From NCBI GenBank assembly GCA_003427395.1, contig BFEA01000005.1, forward strand, positions 1,747,823 through 1,811,497: 63,675 nt of DNA, written 5' to 3'. Positions 62,191-63,675 of this stretch are shown one piece after another (the first letter of the stretch is position 1; each line of letters begins with the position of its first letter). Under the pieces are notes generated by a model. That model was not told where the DNA came from, did not search any database, and was given only the letters and a program-made list of their open reading frames with translations. The translations under genes were made by a program, and so were the position numbers. Source of the DNA: Chara braunii. Taxonomy: Eukaryota; Plantae; Charophyceae.

Positions 62191-62582
62191 ATCTGACCTC
62201 TTTGTTCTTGCAATATCTGACCCTCCTTTTATAGTATCAACCCTCTATACCAGTTCCCGTATAACACCTACCAAAGTCTCTTCATTTAGTTCCCGCAGAA
62301 GAACTCGGTCTCCCTCGTCCTGCCATCTTGACCATAGACTCTCCCTGATACTATCTTCTCTCTCTCTGTCACTTTTATCCTCCTTTTCTTATTTTTCAAT
62401 CTCTCACTCTTCTCTCAAGGGATAAAGTTTTATTTCTCTTTTCTCTTGTCTGCTCTACCCCTTGAGAATTTTGTACATAGAGCGTATAAGCAATAATAAG
62501 TTGGGTAGTTATCGATGGCAATGCAATCCTTCTCAGTCTTCCAATATAATCTTCAATCAGCTCTCTTTCATCAATTATTGCT

Positions 62583-62675
62583 AAAATCTCGTTTTGTACC
62601 AGTACTAAAATCCCGTTTCATACCAGCATTAATAAAATTGTTGGAAAATCCCGTTTTGTACCAACATTAATAAAA
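62583..62675. repeat. Three copies of AAAATC(T/C)CGTTT..TACCA at the gypsy/Penelope junction
   Basis: Seen at ~62583, ~62606 and ~62645. Confidence 0.85.
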
Positions 62676-62680
62676 AGAAG

Positions 62681-63675
62681 GTGGAATACTGTCTTCGTGA
62701 ATGGATTGTGGGGAATATCCAATCGGCCCCGCTAGCTGACCTGTATACAAGGAAAGCTCGAGCTGTCTGCCGTATAGCCAAATCAGCTGGATACATCCTA
62801 CATAATCAAAAGCTTTTCGCACAACGCAGCACCTTTGAGTGTGTGTGTGAAAACTTCGACTTACCCAAAATTAATGGGCACGTCGCGGTCAAGATAAGCG
62901 AAGTCGACGGGATAAACCCATTCCTATTTAATGCAAAAAACATCTCGATCCCCGAAACCACTGCATCACGTGATGTATTGAATCGGGCCTGTAATGAAGC
63001 CCTTAATCTGATTCGAAAAAACGGGGAGGCTACTGGCCAGTTACAGATACCCCTTGAAGTTGTTGCAAGGAAAGGGGAAACAGTGCCGCCAGGATGTGTC
63101 ATGAGCGAGTATGTACTCGGGGTAAAGCAAACATTTGCGGGGTTGGTGATGGGTCCGCTGAATCGCAATACTACAGAGACGTGCATTGAGTGCCAGAAGA
63201 GTTACGAAAAGGGACTCAATGTAATGTTTTCGGAGAACGGAAACTACCATAAGGAATAATCTACAAAAAAGTACAATGTTACGGGAAATCCGCACGGAAT
63301 ACAATCAAATGGGGTTGGAAAAAGTGGCTCGATGGGACCGACATGGGGAACTACAACACGAATATATCATGGTCATAGAAAATGATAAAGAGAAAAAAAG
63401 ACTGATTGTTCCTTCCTATCAAAGTCATTTTTGTGCAGCATCTTGGGTCCTATCCTTAGCCCTCAACTCATTGATAAAAAAGACCAAAGTTCCTCATTTT
63501 AATCTCAGAACGATGGGTGACCTTCGACATGAGATAACTAAAGTCAACGAGAAGAAATGGTCTTTTATCTAAATGTGGGGTAATAGCCCGTACTTATGAC
63601 ATTAAGGAAATGTTTACTCAACTTCCCCATGAGACAATTGATCTGGCTGTAAAATGGATAATTGATGTATTCCTG
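62681..63675 (+). pseudogene. Penelope-like retroelement reverse transcriptase fragment (runs off the window)
   Basis: GLVMGPLNRN (DK/DR motif region), KKRLIVP (RPIV-like) and YDIKEMFTQLPH (PLE/TERT-type motif A); broken by stops and frameshifts. Confidence 0.7.

Larger units (their letters stand above)
53758..62573 (-). mobile_element. Ty3/gypsy internal region, copy 2 (5'-truncated), in tandem with copy 1
   Basis: Colinear with 36630-46825; homology stops abruptly at 62573. Confidence 0.92.

Overview
This window is a eukaryotic, repeat-dense nest of transposable elements with no intact host gene. The mix of elements resembles a streptophyte alga such as Chara, but that is an inference only. 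From left to right: (i) 1-12555 is a degraded minus-strand Ty3/gypsy-type tandem. A 1.7-kb LTR (5291-7017) has a perfect tRNA-Asp PBS on one side and a PPT on the other, and a gag-like zinc-knuckle remnant lies upstream of a 3' region holding 11 hairpins with conserved loops and co-varying stems (7650-8552). (ii) ~12556-17240 is a divergent plus-strand giant-LTR relative. (iii) 18258-23142 is a PIF/Harbinger element. (iv) 23210-30638 is a Helitron with Rep/Pif1 remnants and a Ulp1-like passenger ORF. (v) 30961-62573 is a minus-strand LTR-internal-LTR-internal tandem of a Ty3/gypsy element with 4.7-5.7-kb LTRs, a tRNA-Asp PBS, gag/PR/RT/RH/IN pseudogenes and two hAT insertions. (vi) 62681-end is a Penelope-like RT fragment. 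The most interesting signal is that the LTR elements carry family-specific arrays of loop-conserved hairpins in their 3' noncoding regions, and the giant-LTR family encodes an unrecognised accessory domain both inside the LTR and twice in the 5' leader. This may be a retroelement protein/structured-RNA (or DNA) recognition system. All comparisons were made by eye; no searches were run.
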